DNA of 64,000 nucleotides, from positions 32,001 to 96,000 of the IMG/VR virus record IMGVR_UViG_3300028887_000002. One strand, 5' to 3'. Under the pieces are notes generated by a model that was given only the letters and a program-made list of their open reading frames with translations, was not told the DNA's origin and ran no database searches. How positions within the stretch are numbered: position 1 is the stretch's first letter; the number at the start of each line of letters is the position of its first letter. The stretch comes from a virus (taxonomy: Duplodnaviria > Heunggongvirae > Uroviricota > Caudoviricetes). The translations under genes and the position numbers were made by a program. Of the stretch, positions 29,498 to 39,782 are shown piece by piece.

Positions 29498-30077
29498 AAC
29501 CTATAAATTTTTCAATTAATTCAGATAGTTTTATAAATTCACCATCCTTGCTCAACAATATTGTGTTCGGACAAAGAACCTGTTTGTTCTCATCATATTC
29601 ATCAAACTGAAAGTTTTCCTTAAAATATTCTATCATACCGCCACATTGGTCTAATTCTTCAAAGGTTATAACACCAAAGAACTTGAGGCATTTGTCAGTG
29701 CATTTCTCGTAATTCCAATCGTTTATCGAACCATCAGAGTTGACCGACATTGAAATATAGTCGCCATAACCTTCTTCTCCGATACAACAGAAGTCTGGGA
29801 CATATCCGTCAATACTGTGAATAACTTTATTATCATATACTAATTCATAAGTTCCACTATCACACAGTTTGTCATAAAGACCAACTTCCTTGCCATTCCA
29901 ATTCTGAACAACACCAGTCTTTATATCAATGTCCCAAACAACTTCTTCGTTATCCTTGTTGTATCCTGTTAGATTTTCAAGTACATCTTCTTGGTCAACA
30001 CCAACCATTTCAAACTGGTCTTGGTCTTCTGACCATACTGGGATATGAAGCCTAAAAAATAATTTATTTTCTTCCAT
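29484..30077 (-). CDS. hypothetical phage protein
   Basis: IDIKTG...K.CD.G.Y...GYVP...GYGDYI pattern. Confidence 0.7.
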   Translation of the reverse strand: MEENKLFFRLHIPVWSEDQDQFEMVGVDQEDVLENLTGYNKDNEEVVWDIDIKTGVVQNWNGKEVGLYDKLCDSGTYELVYDNKVIHSIDGYVPDFCCIGEEGYGDYISMSVNSDGSINDWNYEKCTDKCLKFFGVITFEELDQCGGMIEYFKENFQFDEYDENKQVLCPNTILLSKDGEFIKLSELIEKFIGYERE

Positions 30078-30081
30078 ATTA

Positions 30082-30279
30082 TTAATTTTTGAAATTATTA
30101 TTTTCAGCATTTGCATTAATTAAGGATTTGAGCAACCACTTTGCCATGCTTCTCGCTGCGTTATAACAAGCGTTGTATGTCGTTTCCGTGCCATCCATAC
30201 CGCTATAATATTCTGACCATTCAGTTGCGAGTTCCTTGCTTTTCATTTCAATGAGTTTGTCAATATCAATGTTTGTCAT
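30082..30279 (-). CDS. hypothetical protein
   Basis: 65 aa ORF. Confidence 0.55.
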   Translation of the reverse strand: MTNIDIDKLIEMKSKELATEWSEYYSGMDGTETTYNACYNAARSMAKWLLKSLINANAENNNFKN

Positions 30280-30290
30280 ATCTTTTCCTT

Positions 30291-31007
30291 CTATTTTGTT
30301 TCTAAATTTATAGATATTTCAAGACTTTTGGAAACAGTTCCAAGACAATCAACCATTATAATACCGCTATCTTCATTAGTAATATCCTCTGTTTGGGTGT
30401 GACCTACAATCTGTATAACATCAGTATCTTTGTATAGGTTGTCCTGTGCAAGCGAATAAGGTCTAATCCATAACGGGGACTGTGAATAATCATCCCCATA
30501 TACATCCCACAGGCTTGAGTTAGGCTCAAACATAAATGCCGTCTTGTCACGTTGCCACACAATATTGATAGCCGCTTCCATCTGCTGTGGCTTCATCTTT
30601 GCGTCTGCAACGTATTTGCTTGCCCAAGTATTGGTTATCCCTGCGTGGGTGACAATATACTTGTTTCCGATTGCATATGCGACACCATGAAAATACTGTG
30701 TATTGTCTTTGAGCAACTTGGTAATCTTTCTCGCATTATGGACTTGGTATCGGCTATACCTTTCCTGACATTCTTTCATATAGTGAAGGTCATGGTTTCC
30801 ATATAGTAATATGATGTTGTCGGGGTATTTCTTTTTTAGTTCAATTATAGAATTGAAATTATCCGACATCATATTGAAGTCTATTTTACTGTCATACGGG
30901 TCAAAATAATCACCTACGAAGATGTTTGTCGCATCAGTCGTATTAACAAGGTTTTTCCAGTTTGTGCGCCCGTGTATGTCGCCGATAATATTGAATTTCT
31001 TTTCCAT
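30291..31007 (-). CDS. metallophosphoesterase
   Basis: GDIHG, GDYFD, GNHD, HAG, GHT motifs. Confidence 0.9.
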   Translation of the reverse strand: MEKKFNIIGDIHGRTNWKNLVNTTDATNIFVGDYFDPYDSKIDFNMMSDNFNSIIELKKKYPDNIILLYGNHDLHYMKECQERYSRYQVHNARKITKLLKDNTQYFHGVAYAIGNKYIVTHAGITNTWASKYVADAKMKPQQMEAAINIVWQRDKTAFMFEPNSSLWDVYGDDYSQSPLWIRPYSLAQDNLYKDTDVIQIVGHTQTEDITNEDSGIIMVDCLGTVSKSLEISINLETK

Positions 31008-31020
31008 AAAAAAATATTTT

Positions 31021-31308
31021 TTATAATGATAAACCGATTCCAAGGCAAATCGCTGTGGTAAAAGTAAAAAGTATTCGCCAAAATGTATCGTTGATATCTG
31101 CACCCATCCCGCTATATGTGTTTGCAATTGCAGCCATCGTTATGTTTAACAGCATACCGAAAGAGAATATGCCCATTGATATTAATGCCGACTTAAGTGA
31201 CAGGAATATCCATAACAGTGTTACCATAAATACCACGCACCCAAAGAGCATAATACCAAAATATTTGTTATATTTCGGTTGGTTATTATTTTGTTCTAAG
31301 CCTTCCAT
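31021..31308 (-). CDS. small membrane protein
   Basis: Three hydrophobic segments. Confidence 0.6.
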   Translation of the reverse strand: MEGLEQNNNQPKYNKYFGIMLFGCVVFMVTLLWIFLSLKSALISMGIFSFGMLLNITMAAIANTYSGMGADINDTFWRILFTFTTAICLGIGLSL

Positions 31309-31751
31309 CGTAGTCCGTCAATGTTTAGTTTGGATATTACTTTCTTTAAGTTTGGAAATAACATTTCAAGGTCGTTTGAAAGTGTGTACCAGTCAACTTC
31401 GGGTATCATTTCGCCAGTTTTGTTCGACTTGAACAGCGATGTGCATTTCAGTTCGTTTGTGTCAATGTCGTTCGGAAGTTCAACTGAAAATAGGTACAAG
31501 TCCTTTTTCTTTATATATGGGAATAAACCCTCATCCTTTATTGGACTGGATGCTTCTTCCGCAAGTTCCTTTATATCAATTCCAGTTTCCTCCTTGAGTT
31601 CTCTTGCGCAAGTCTCAAAATAACCCTCACCCTCTTCGACATGACCTTTCGGGATATCAAAGTTTCCCTCCTTGAAAGGCTTCTCGTTTGGGTGGGTCAT
31701 TAATATGCCCGACGGACACTTTATAATAATTCCAGCACTAATTACTTTCAT
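31296..31751 (-). CDS. Nudix hydrolase
   Basis: PKGHVEEGE....CARELKEETG Nudix box. Confidence 0.92.
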   Translation of the reverse strand: MKVISAGIIIKCPSGILMTHPNEKPFKEGNFDIPKGHVEEGEGYFETCARELKEETGIDIKELAEEASSPIKDEGLFPYIKKKDLYLFSVELPNDIDTNELKCTSLFKSNKTGEMIPEVDWYTLSNDLEMLFPNLKKVISKLNIDGLRWKA

Positions 31752-32116
31752 GCTTTGTCGTTGTTTTCTAAGTTTATTATTTTCCCGTCAAGGTTGACAT
31801 ACGGTATATTGAGGTGTACATATTCCTCATCCCAATCATCGTACATCATATCCCACCATGGGTTCTTTACATATGCGTTCGCATTACTATTACTATAAAA
31901 GATAATGCGCTCGATGGTATAGACTGTTGCATCTGGTATCTCATACTTGATTGCACACTTTTCTAATTCTGTAATTATACTGTCAAAGTTCACGAACTTT
32001 CCCCACTTGTTGGTTGTAATGTTCCCAGTCTCCTTGTAGGTTATATAGTAACTTTCAATCCTGCCAGTGGCTTCCTGGCACTTCTCAATAAATTCGTATA
32101 AGAGTTCCTTTTTCAT
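31748..32116 (-). CDS. hypothetical protein
   Basis: 122 aa ORF. Confidence 0.6.
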   Translation of the reverse strand: MKKELLYEFIEKCQEATGRIESYYITYKETGNITTNKWGKFVNFDSIITELEKCAIKYEIPDATVYTIERIIFYSNSNANAYVKNPWWDMMYDDWDEEYVHLNIPYVNLDGKIINLENNDKA

Positions 32117-32128
32117 AATAGTGTAATT

Positions 32129-32614
32129 TTATTTCCAGTATTCCAAAATCTTCTTTGCCCTTTCAATGAAATGTTGTTCATCCTCAACCATTAGGTTGGT
32201 ACAACTTCCACCGTAATTGCAATCACATATAATATAGTATAACTTGAGGGCTTTTACAAGTGTTTCGAGTGAAGGCGGTTCTGCGTCGCCTAAACACCCG
32301 TTATTCTGCTGGATTGAATTGGCGATGCACTTATCGGTAGTTTTCTCAAAGTTTTCCTTTTCAAACCGCTTTATCGCCTCGTTTTCAATCTCAATGGATG
32401 CATTAACCAAATCAATCGTCTTTTCTCGGTCTTGAATGGTCGGATAAACTAAGTCAGGCAACAGTTCCTTTATTTCCTCAAGTTCCTTCTTTGCTTGTTC
32501 ACATTTCTCAATGTCAGTCATATAGTCCGACGAAATAAGGGAACCTATTGTTAAATACAATAGATTCTCCTTCTGTAGGTTTCTTAAAAATTCAATGTCC
32601 ATAACGCTATTCAA
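32129..32614 (-). CDS. hypothetical protein
   Basis: 161 aa ORF. Confidence 0.6.
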   Translation of the reverse strand: MNSVMDIEFLRNLQKENLLYLTIGSLISSDYMTDIEKCEQAKKELEEIKELLPDLVYPTIQDREKTIDLVNASIEIENEAIKRFEKENFEKTTDKCIANSIQQNNGCLGDAEPPSLETLVKALKLYYIICDCNYGGSCTNLMVEDEQHFIERAKKILEYWK

Positions 32615-33110
32615 TCATTAAATAATCTTTCACCAAATCTTCGTTTTCTTGAGTAAACAAATTTCTTTGTTGTGGTGTATGGAATGAGAGAAAATAATAG
32701 TCGTAAAATTCTAAATTATATTCAATGCTATTACCACGCCTTGTGATGGCATATTTGTGTATTGACCCATCAACCCATTCCTCGTCCGTAACAACGCCAC
32801 CAAACCTCTTGTCGTGTTCCATTATTTGACTGATTCTTGCCATTGCAATGGCTGACTTGGCTTGTTTTTCAGTCGCAAAAACATTGTAATTACATTTAAA
32901 ATTACGTAAGTCACGTGTTGGTTTGATTTCGCTTATATCTGTATCAATATAATATCCATCAAATCTTGTTTCTTTATCATTTCTCCACCTATAAGGCTTC
33001 GTTTCGATTTTCTTAAACACAATATGTTCCAAGGTTGAATTTTCCTTGTCAATCTCATAGCCTTCTGGCGGTACGATTGTGATTTCCTTCCTGTTGTTAG
33101 TTTCTTCCAT
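32607..33110 (-). CDS. hypothetical phage protein
   Basis: PPEGYEIDKENST...AMARISQIM...LSFHT pattern. Confidence 0.7.
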   Translation of the reverse strand: MEETNNRKEITIVPPEGYEIDKENSTLEHIVFKKIETKPYRWRNDKETRFDGYYIDTDISEIKPTRDLRNFKCNYNVFATEKQAKSAIAMARISQIMEHDKRFGGVVTDEEWVDGSIHKYAITRRGNSIEYNLEFYDYYFLSFHTPQQRNLFTQENEDLVKDYLMIE

Positions 33111-33137
33111 TGTTGCTAAAAGTTTTTAAATTAATTT

Positions 33138-33401
33138 TTATAATAATTTCCGATAATGTTTGCCTAGTTCATCCCATTCGTCAAAAGTAAACTTTGGTGC
33201 TTCGGGTGAATCGGGTTCAACAAAAACATATTCGGGGTTGTTATTGTTTTCTGTGTTTCTAATTTCAATGTTCCATGATTCTGTACTTTCAACAAATGTA
33301 TCTCCGTCAAATATGTTGTGAACATCACAAGCATCATTCACAAGGTCGAATAGTATTTTTCCGTCTGATTTTCTTTTTAGGATGTCTAATGAAAAACTCA
33401 T
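33138..33401 (-). CDS. hypothetical protein
   Basis: 87 aa ORF. Confidence 0.55.
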   Translation of the reverse strand: MSFSLDILKRKSDGKILFDLVNDACDVHNIFDGDTFVESTESWNIEIRNTENNNNPEYVFVEPDSPEAPKFTFDEWDELGKHYRKLL

Positions 33402-33419
33402 AGTTGTTAAATTTTTTGG

Positions 33420-34847
33420 TTAAACATTTTCTTCTGCATTGTATCTGTCAGCCATTTCAATATCGTCAATTTCGCCCTTGTCAATCATTTCAGCCTCCTT
33501 GCCAAGGAACTTTAGACATTTCAACTTAAAGGCTTCTGCAACAGGGTCGCCGTCAATGCGAACAACTATGCCCTCGCGTGGAACCTTGTTCTTGCACATC
33601 GGTTCGTTCTTCTCCATACCGAACTTTTCCTCAGTCTTGAGCCTTGCAAGGACATTCTCGTGCCAGTGTGTCTCCGTCGGTATATCTGGATATAAATCCT
33701 GCAATGTTCCGTGGTATAGAATGTTGATAGGTCTGATTTTTGATGCAACTTCCGAACCTTCGTTCTTTTCAATCTCATCGTAAAGTTCAAGGGTGAAATT
33801 CTTTACCTCCTCAACATCATATTCCTTTGTGATATGTTCATCATGATACTTCACCCTATATATCATAAGGTAGTTCTGTCCTTCCTTGCAACCATAGTCA
33901 TACCCCTTCTGTATCATCTTCTGTGAACCGCCAGTGTATCCGACAATTTCTCCGTAGATAGTGATATTTCTTGGGATGTAGTCCTTTAGCAGATTGTAAT
34001 ATTCACCCCATACGTCAGTTCCGTAGTATCCGTCAGTAACATTCTCGTTGATGGTTGAGTTCTTGATAACTGACCTTGATGAATATATTACATCATACCC
34101 TTCCTTTGTGAACTGCAACCATTTGGGGAGTTTGTTGAATACCTTCTTGTATAAACCGTTCCACTTGGGCATCTTAACCTTTACATTTCCGATACACATG
34201 GAAGTCCCATGAAGTTTTATAGTAACTACCACATTATCAGTAGGTTGAAATCTATGCATATTCCTTTCAAGACCTGCGGTGTCATAATGGAACGAGAATT
34301 GTCCGTCAATCATTCGGTTGAATTTCTTCAACTTCTTGTTTCTTTTTCCCTCACCCCTGCTTCCGTGTCCATTGGAAGGCATTGGCGGAACATAAGCCTT
34401 TATGAACAACTTTCCGTCAACCTCGTCAAAGTCGGTGTCAACAAGTTTTTCAAGTTCTGCCTCGGGAATGTCTACTGGTATGAAGTTCTTTAATTCTTCA
34501 AGGGAGAATATATAACCCATTGAAACAACCCCACGGAGTTTGACCATACGAACACGCCCGTACTTGTTGAAGTAACCCTTCCTTTCGGTATCGGCGTTAA
34601 GCGACTTGTCATCATACAGCGAGTTTGCATAGAGGAATCCTCCATTAATCTGTGTTTCGTTTGAAGCATAGAACATAACGTCACCTTCCTTTACCTGGTC
34701 TTTGCGAACCACGATTGTACGTCCGTTCAGTTCTGTTGTTGCAAGAAAGTCCGAGTTCTCAATCGGTACAATCTCGCCAATGCGGACAATGGTACAGCAG
34801 TATTCTGCACTCATGTCCTTTGACTTTGTGAAAATTTCTTTTGTCAT
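33420..34847 (-). CDS. ATP-dependent RNA ligase (DRB0094-like)
   Basis: OB-like N-domain; KLHGTS, YGEI, EGIVVR, FKLK motifs. Confidence 0.85.
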   Translation of the reverse strand: MTKEIFTKSKDMSAEYCCTIVRIGEIVPIENSDFLATTELNGRTIVVRKDQVKEGDVMFYASNETQINGGFLYANSLYDDKSLNADTERKGYFNKYGRVRMVKLRGVVSMGYIFSLEELKNFIPVDIPEAELEKLVDTDFDEVDGKLFIKAYVPPMPSNGHGSRGEGKRNKKLKKFNRMIDGQFSFHYDTAGLERNMHRFQPTDNVVVTIKLHGTSMCIGNVKVKMPKWNGLYKKVFNKLPKWLQFTKEGYDVIYSSRSVIKNSTINENVTDGYYGTDVWGEYYNLLKDYIPRNITIYGEIVGYTGGSQKMIQKGYDYGCKEGQNYLMIYRVKYHDEHITKEYDVEEVKNFTLELYDEIEKNEGSEVASKIRPINILYHGTLQDLYPDIPTETHWHENVLARLKTEEKFGMEKNEPMCKNKVPREGIVVRIDGDPVAEAFKLKCLKFLGKEAEMIDKGEIDDIEMADRYNAEENV

Positions 34848-34887
34848 TGTTTATTCTTTTTTAATTTTTTTATATTTGAAATTTCCG

Positions 34888-34946
34888 CAAAAGTACCATA
34901 TATTTTTGAAACCGCAAAACTTTTTTGAAAGTTTTTGATATTTATT
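34888..34946. promoter_or_regulatory. divergent pair: host-type promoter (-) and TATTTATT motif (+)
   Basis: TTTG-N19-TACTTTTG; TATTTATT at 34939-34946. Confidence 0.65.
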
Positions 34947-34966
34947 ATATAAAAAATTTAATTCAT

Positions 34967-35953
34967 ATGGAGACTGATAACAATTTGACTCAGAACATTG
35001 AAGATAATGAACTTGAACATACACCTACGAATGACCGTATACATAAGGGTATTGTGCTTATGAAGTCGGCTATCAAGAAATACGAGGAAGGTAACTTCAA
35101 TATGGCGGACAACGACCGTAAGGAAGCAAACCGCAACTTCGACATTGCTATGAGGGAAATGTCAACCGAAGACGGAATGGATGATATGATGTACGGCGAG
35201 TGCCGTAATTTCGGACTGCTCTACAACGTGCTTGAGAGTAATACACATAACCTTTATCCCGACAAGGCTGACGTGTTGCAGGAATTTGTAACACTCATAA
35301 GGGGGAACAAGGTTTTGTCGGAAGAATTCAATGCCTATAATGCTTTCGTATCACCCGTGAACGTTGAAGACAACGCAAAGTATGTCAACGAGGCGATTGC
35401 CCTTGTACCACACTATTCAAAGAAGGTGTTGCGTGAAAACAACAACAAGTTCCTCAAACTTATAAGGAAGCACAACCTTAATGAGAATGTCGGTGTTGAT
35501 GATGATATGGTTTCGGTATTTGAAAGCGTTGAATATGCAATGCTGAACGGCAAGGACTTGTCCAATATCAACGAATTCGCAAAGGTGGAGAAGATTCTTG
35601 AAAACTGCGTAAGGGAAAACAACCGCATTGTCGAAGAAGAAACCGACCACGAGGCAATATATGAGGAGAAGGTTGATGAACTCGCAAAGAAATATGACAA
35701 GATTATGAACGAGGACGAAAAGTCGTTGCTCAAGAAGATGTCATTGAGCGAAGCAAAGAAAACCTCACTGTTTGAAGAGACAAAGCAGTTGGCACTTGAA
35801 GCGTTGAGAACCGAAATTGACAAGTCGGATAACGACGAAAAGAAGGAATGGAATGAAATATTCGAACAGATTTCAAGCACAACATACAACCCAGATACAT
35901 TCCTTGTTGACCTTTCAAAGATGATTGAAATAAAGGATAGTTTAAGTGAATAA
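34967..35953 (+). CDS. helical hypothetical protein (likely late gene)
   Basis: Start METDN, after the late motif. Confidence 0.75.
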   Translation: METDNNLTQNIEDNELEHTPTNDRIHKGIVLMKSAIKKYEEGNFNMADNDRKEANRNFDIAMREMSTEDGMDDMMYGECRNFGLLYNVLESNTHNLYPDKADVLQEFVTLIRGNKVLSEEFNAYNAFVSPVNVEDNAKYVNEAIALVPHYSKKVLRENNNKFLKLIRKHNLNENVGVDDDMVSVFESVEYAMLNGKDLSNINEFAKVEKILENCVRENNRIVEEETDHEAIYEEKVDELAKKYDKIMNEDEKSLLKKMSLSEAKKTSLFEETKQLALEALRTEIDKSDNDEKKEWNEIFEQISSTTYNPDTFLVDLSKMIEIKDSLSE

Positions 35954-37832
35954 CAGGACTTTCTATATAACTGAAGAACAGCAGAGACGGTTGTTGAACG
36001 AGTCGGCTGCCGACCGTTTCATTGACAAGTTGATACTGAAAAACCTTCCCGAAAAGGCTAAGGGACTGATAAACACACCATTGAATGTGATTGCGAAGGA
36101 ACACCCCGAAGCACTGAACGGTGTGGCGTTGAACGGCACACCAGAAGTGATGGAAAAATACGGCAACCTGCCGTTGAAGGACTTCATAAGGGTTTCGATA
36201 ATGCAGATGTTCGACATCGGTCACGGGAAAGGCCCGAAAAAATACCTGCGTGGCATCTTCCGCATAATGCTTGACGAGATACGTTGCCTGTCAAACCCTG
36301 ATATGAACCGCATTAACCAGTTGAAGGACGATGTGATGTACATCATGCAAGCGTCACAGAACGGCTCCGACCCAGAGGCAGCACAGATGGACGGTGACCT
36401 CAACGGAATGTCCTTGACACAGATAAACCAGACGTTCAAGGAGAAGCGCAAGGCGTTCTTCGCGAACATCCGCAACAAGTTGTCCAGCACCTTCAAGGGC
36501 AAGTCAAATGCACCAAGGTACGAGAAGGTCGTCATTACAAATCACGACCAGTGCGTGAAATATGCGCCTTACGTTGGGTGGTGCATAACATTTAATAGTT
36601 CAGCAAACTACGATACTTATACCCAGGGCGGTAGAAGGTTCTACCTGTTTTTAAGAGACGGGTATCAGAATGTTGAACGCAAGGCTGGCGAGAACTGTCC
36701 GTTCGATGAATACGGAATGAGCATGGTATCCGTTCTGGTTGATATGGATGGAAACATTAGCATCATAACGACAAGGTGGAACCACGAGCATGACGGTGAG
36801 TTGAACAATCCGTCGCAGGAGCAGATAGAGATGGTGATGAACCTTATGGGCGTAAACTTGTATAAGGAGTGTCCCCCGTATACAAGGGACGAATTAAAGG
36901 CGATGGGCATTATACCTTTTGAGGACGTACCCGAACTGCTTGCCCAGGGGGTTGAACCTAAGGAGATATTTGGTGCTGTTAGCGATTTAGGATATGGCTT
37001 TACGAAGGTTTACCTTAATCGTAAATATAACCTTATCAATAAGGAAGGCCAATTGGTATCACCACAATGGTTTGATTATGTATGGTATTTTAGTAATGGT
37101 TTTGCAATTGTTGAACTGAATGGCAAACGGAACTTCATCAATACTGAAGGACAACTTTTATCATCCCAGTGGTTTGTTGGTGCAAGTAATTTTTCTGAAG
37201 GTTTTGCTAGGGTTGAACTGAATGGTAAATGGAACTTTATCAACACGGAAGGTCAAGTCCTATATAAACCTAACGAACCAGACCAGTGGTTTGATAGTGT
37301 AGGTGGTTTTTTTAACGTTTTTGCTACTGTTCAACTGAATGGTAAATATTATGTTTTACGTTCAGATGGTGTTCTATGCGACTATAATACTTATCAACCC
37401 GTCCCTGAACTGAACGAGGGTAAATCAAATAAACGCGCATTCTACATACCAGAAACAAGATTGAATGAATTTTCGGAGAATATGCTGACCGAATCGTTCA
37501 TTATCCCCAAGCACGAGCAGGTGAGGGTTGTAAGGGAATACCTTGACAAGAACTTCCTGCGTAGCGAAAGCGATGACATTGACGAGAATGGTTACCCCTG
37601 CAAGGTGAAGAGTGTTACATTGGTAAGTTCTAACGGTCAGCCGTTGAAGCCTATGACAATTGCGGAACTCTTTATGATGCTTGACGACAAGTTCAACCGT
37701 ATCATAAGGGACAAGGACAAGAGACAGGTGTTCCTTAAACAGGTTATAACCGACTGGTATTACAAGCGTATCAGCAAGGAGGGAATATTGTCATCAAATG
37801 TAATACAAGTTAGTGGAAAAAAGAAAAAATAA
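35946..37832 (+). CDS. WG-repeat protein (4 repeats) with extra C-terminal domain
   Basis: Paralog of 21039-22496; RTFYITEEQ..LLNE leader. Confidence 0.85.
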   Translation: MNNRTFYITEEQQRRLLNESAADRFIDKLILKNLPEKAKGLINTPLNVIAKEHPEALNGVALNGTPEVMEKYGNLPLKDFIRVSIMQMFDIGHGKGPKKYLRGIFRIMLDEIRCLSNPDMNRINQLKDDVMYIMQASQNGSDPEAAQMDGDLNGMSLTQINQTFKEKRKAFFANIRNKLSSTFKGKSNAPRYEKVVITNHDQCVKYAPYVGWCITFNSSANYDTYTQGGRRFYLFLRDGYQNVERKAGENCPFDEYGMSMVSVLVDMDGNISIITTRWNHEHDGELNNPSQEQIEMVMNLMGVNLYKECPPYTRDELKAMGIIPFEDVPELLAQGVEPKEIFGAVSDLGYGFTKVYLNRKYNLINKEGQLVSPQWFDYVWYFSNGFAIVELNGKRNFINTEGQLLSSQWFVGASNFSEGFARVELNGKWNFINTEGQVLYKPNEPDQWFDSVGGFFNVFATVQLNGKYYVLRSDGVLCDYNTYQPVPELNEGKSNKRAFYIPETRLNEFSENMLTESFIIPKHEQVRVVREYLDKNFLRSESDDIDENGYPCKVKSVTLVSSNGQPLKPMTIAELFMMLDDKFNRIIRDKDKRQVFLKQVITDWYYKRISKEGILSSNVIQVSGKKKK

Positions 37833-37889
37833 TTAACCTTGTTTTTATATTCATTTCAAACTATTTTTTGTTTCAAAAAATTTAATGCA

Positions 37890-38237
37890 ATGATTTACAA
37901 TTTGGAATCCATAATAGAGGAAGGAAAGTACAAGGGGCAGAAGGTTGCCGATATTATTACAGAAGACAAGAAGGCTGTATGGCAGATGATTGTCAAGGAG
38001 CACTTGCAATTCACTGATGATGTCTTGTCGGCAGTGAATATCAAGAAGAAAGTCAGTGACGTACACGTTGAATCCGTGGTTGTTGAACATAAGAGACAGA
38101 AGCCGTTAGCAAAGAAGGACACCAAGAAGGAAGCCGACGATGTGATGCGTGAACTTGAAGTTATCGAGAAAAATGTAATAAATGCCGTCACTGACGAGGA
38201 ACTTGAACAGACAGAAGAAGAAACTCCGATTGAATAA
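37890..38237 (+). CDS. hypothetical protein
   Basis: GKYKG motif near the N-terminus. Confidence 0.65.
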   Translation: MIYNLESIIEEGKYKGQKVADIITEDKKAVWQMIVKEHLQFTDDVLSAVNIKKKVSDVHVESVVVEHKRQKPLAKKDTKKEADDVMRELEVIEKNVINAVTDEELEQTEEETPIE

Positions 38238-38572
38238 TGTCAAAGAAAGGGAATGTCTACTTATTATATGACATTGATAATGACTTGTATAAGATAGGTT
38301 TCACAAGAGGAACAGTCGAGAAACGCCTATCGCAGTTGCAGACAGGTAATGCTACTAAACTGGCTATAATCAGAACCTTTGAGTGTGAACACCCGTCACT
38401 GGTGGAACATCATCTACACGCGAAATTTAGCGGTAAGCAAGTCCTTAACGAGTGGTACGACCTTGAGGATGAAGATGTCTTTTCCTTTTTGGAGTATTGT
38501 GAGACAGTAAATAATTCATTGGAAAGTGTTTCGGAAAATCCGTTCTTCAAGAAGCATCTTGGTCTGACTTGA
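38237..38572 (+). CDS. GIY-YIG family (T5orf172-like) protein
   Basis: VYLL...YKIGFT...RL.QLQTGN...E..LH..F...EWY. Confidence 0.85.
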   Translation: MSKKGNVYLLYDIDNDLYKIGFTRGTVEKRLSQLQTGNATKLAIIRTFECEHPSLVEHHLHAKFSGKQVLNEWYDLEDEDVFSFLEYCETVNNSLESVSENPFFKKHLGLT

Positions 38573-38933
38573 TTTCATCGACCTTTGATTTGAGAGACCT
38601 TGAAATCAGTTTTTTCTTTATTATGGGTGAGTAATCAAAAGAATCCTGCTGTATTCTATGCATTCCCAAATAAATCGTTTCATACTTTAGATAGGCGACA
38701 AATAACGTGTCGAAGGCATTCCTAAACGTTTCGTCCGCCATGTAACACCTGTCAAAATAGGCTTCGTACCATTCAAGACCTTCGTTTTCGTCCTTGACGT
38801 GATACAGGTTTTTACGGCGGTTAGTCTTGCCCAGTGTGAACGGGTTGCCAAATATTGTGCTGTTTGAAATGTCAAATACATTTTCACCTTCTATGTTTTC
38901 AATGTTTTTGTTAAAAATAACAATTCTTTCCAT
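38547..38933 (-). CDS. DUF4326-like protein
   Basis: FGNPF motif. Confidence 0.55.
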   Translation of the reverse strand: MERIVIFNKNIENIEGENVFDISNSTIFGNPFTLGKTNRRKNLYHVKDENEGLEWYEAYFDRCYMADETFRNAFDTLFVAYLKYETIYLGMHRIQQDSFDYSPIIKKKLISRSLKSKVDEIKSDQDAS

Positions 38934-38978
38934 ATCAATTTTACATTTTGCTACTATTTATAATAAAAATTTTGTACG

Positions 38979-39323
38979 ATGAATAGTATATTAGAAAACT
39001 TGAAGAGATTTATTGATTCCGAAGTTCGCAGAACATTGAACGAGGAACGCGAAACCATATATGAAGTAGTCCTTAATGAAAAGAAGACAAAAACCAAAAA
39101 GAAAGATAGTTCAAAAGTTAAGCGTAGACAGGTGCTTGCTATGATGAACCAGGACAAGATTGACCTTGCAGCATTGGGGCGTAAGTTATATCCCGACATG
39201 GATGATGATACTTCACGTTCATACATAAGCAAGAAGGCTCGTGGTGAAAGAGAACTCAGTGACAGCGAAGTCAATAAACTCTATACTATTCTTCATTCAA
39301 ACAAGGATAAACAAATTCGTTAG
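38979..39323 (+). CDS. hypothetical protein with LNE motifs
   Basis: TATTTATA at 38955-38962; TLNEE and VLNE motifs. Confidence 0.7.
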   Translation: MNSILENLKRFIDSEVRRTLNEERETIYEVVLNEKKTKTKKKDSSKVKRRQVLAMMNQDKIDLAALGRKLYPDMDDDTSRSYISKKARGERELSDSEVNKLYTILHSNKDKQIR

Positions 39324-39350
39324 TAGTACGTATCAACATAAAAGTGTACT

Positions 39351-39386
39351 AAAACGGTCACCTTTCCCCAAGGATTGACCGTTTTA
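39351..39386. terminator. intrinsic terminator
   Basis: AAAACGGTCA...TGACCGTTTT between convergent genes. Confidence 0.65.
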
Positions 39387-39399
39387 TTTATATATTCTA

Positions 39400-39777
39400 C
39401 TATTCTTTTGTTTCTTCAACTTTCCAAATGTGCTCATTGTCCTTGCACCAGTAGGTGGCATTCGGCTTTATCCCGTCAGTAACAAACTGATGGAGAATCT
39501 CTTCAATGTTCACAATATTCTTCATGAAGAAATCGTAGAGTTCGTCGATGTGCTTCGTTATATCGGGCGGGAATTTCGGTCCGTCGAAATCCTCAAGTGT
39601 GTCAGAATAAGCCTTGTCCATGTATCCCAATGCATATGCGACATCCTCATATAGGAAATCACCACCCCACATTGAATAGACATCAATGCCGTAAATGTCG
39701 TCGTTAATCTTCGTAAATCTCAATCTCTTGATTAGTTCAATCTGTTCTTCAGTAAATGTTAATTTAATCTTTGCCAT
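39400..39777 (-). CDS. hypothetical protein
   Basis: 125 aa ORF. Confidence 0.7.
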   Translation of the reverse strand: MAKIKLTFTEEQIELIKRLRFTKINDDIYGIDVYSMWGGDFLYEDVAYALGYMDKAYSDTLEDFDGPKFPPDITKHIDELYDFFMKNIVNIEEILHQFVTDGIKPNATYWCKDNEHIWKVEETKE

Positions 39778-39782
39778 ATCAA

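Noticed and set aside
22050-37400. Diversity-generating retroelement acting on the WG repeats
   Set aside because: No reverse transcriptase or template repeat in the window, and differences do not look adenine-specific. An RT elsewhere in the genome cannot be excluded.
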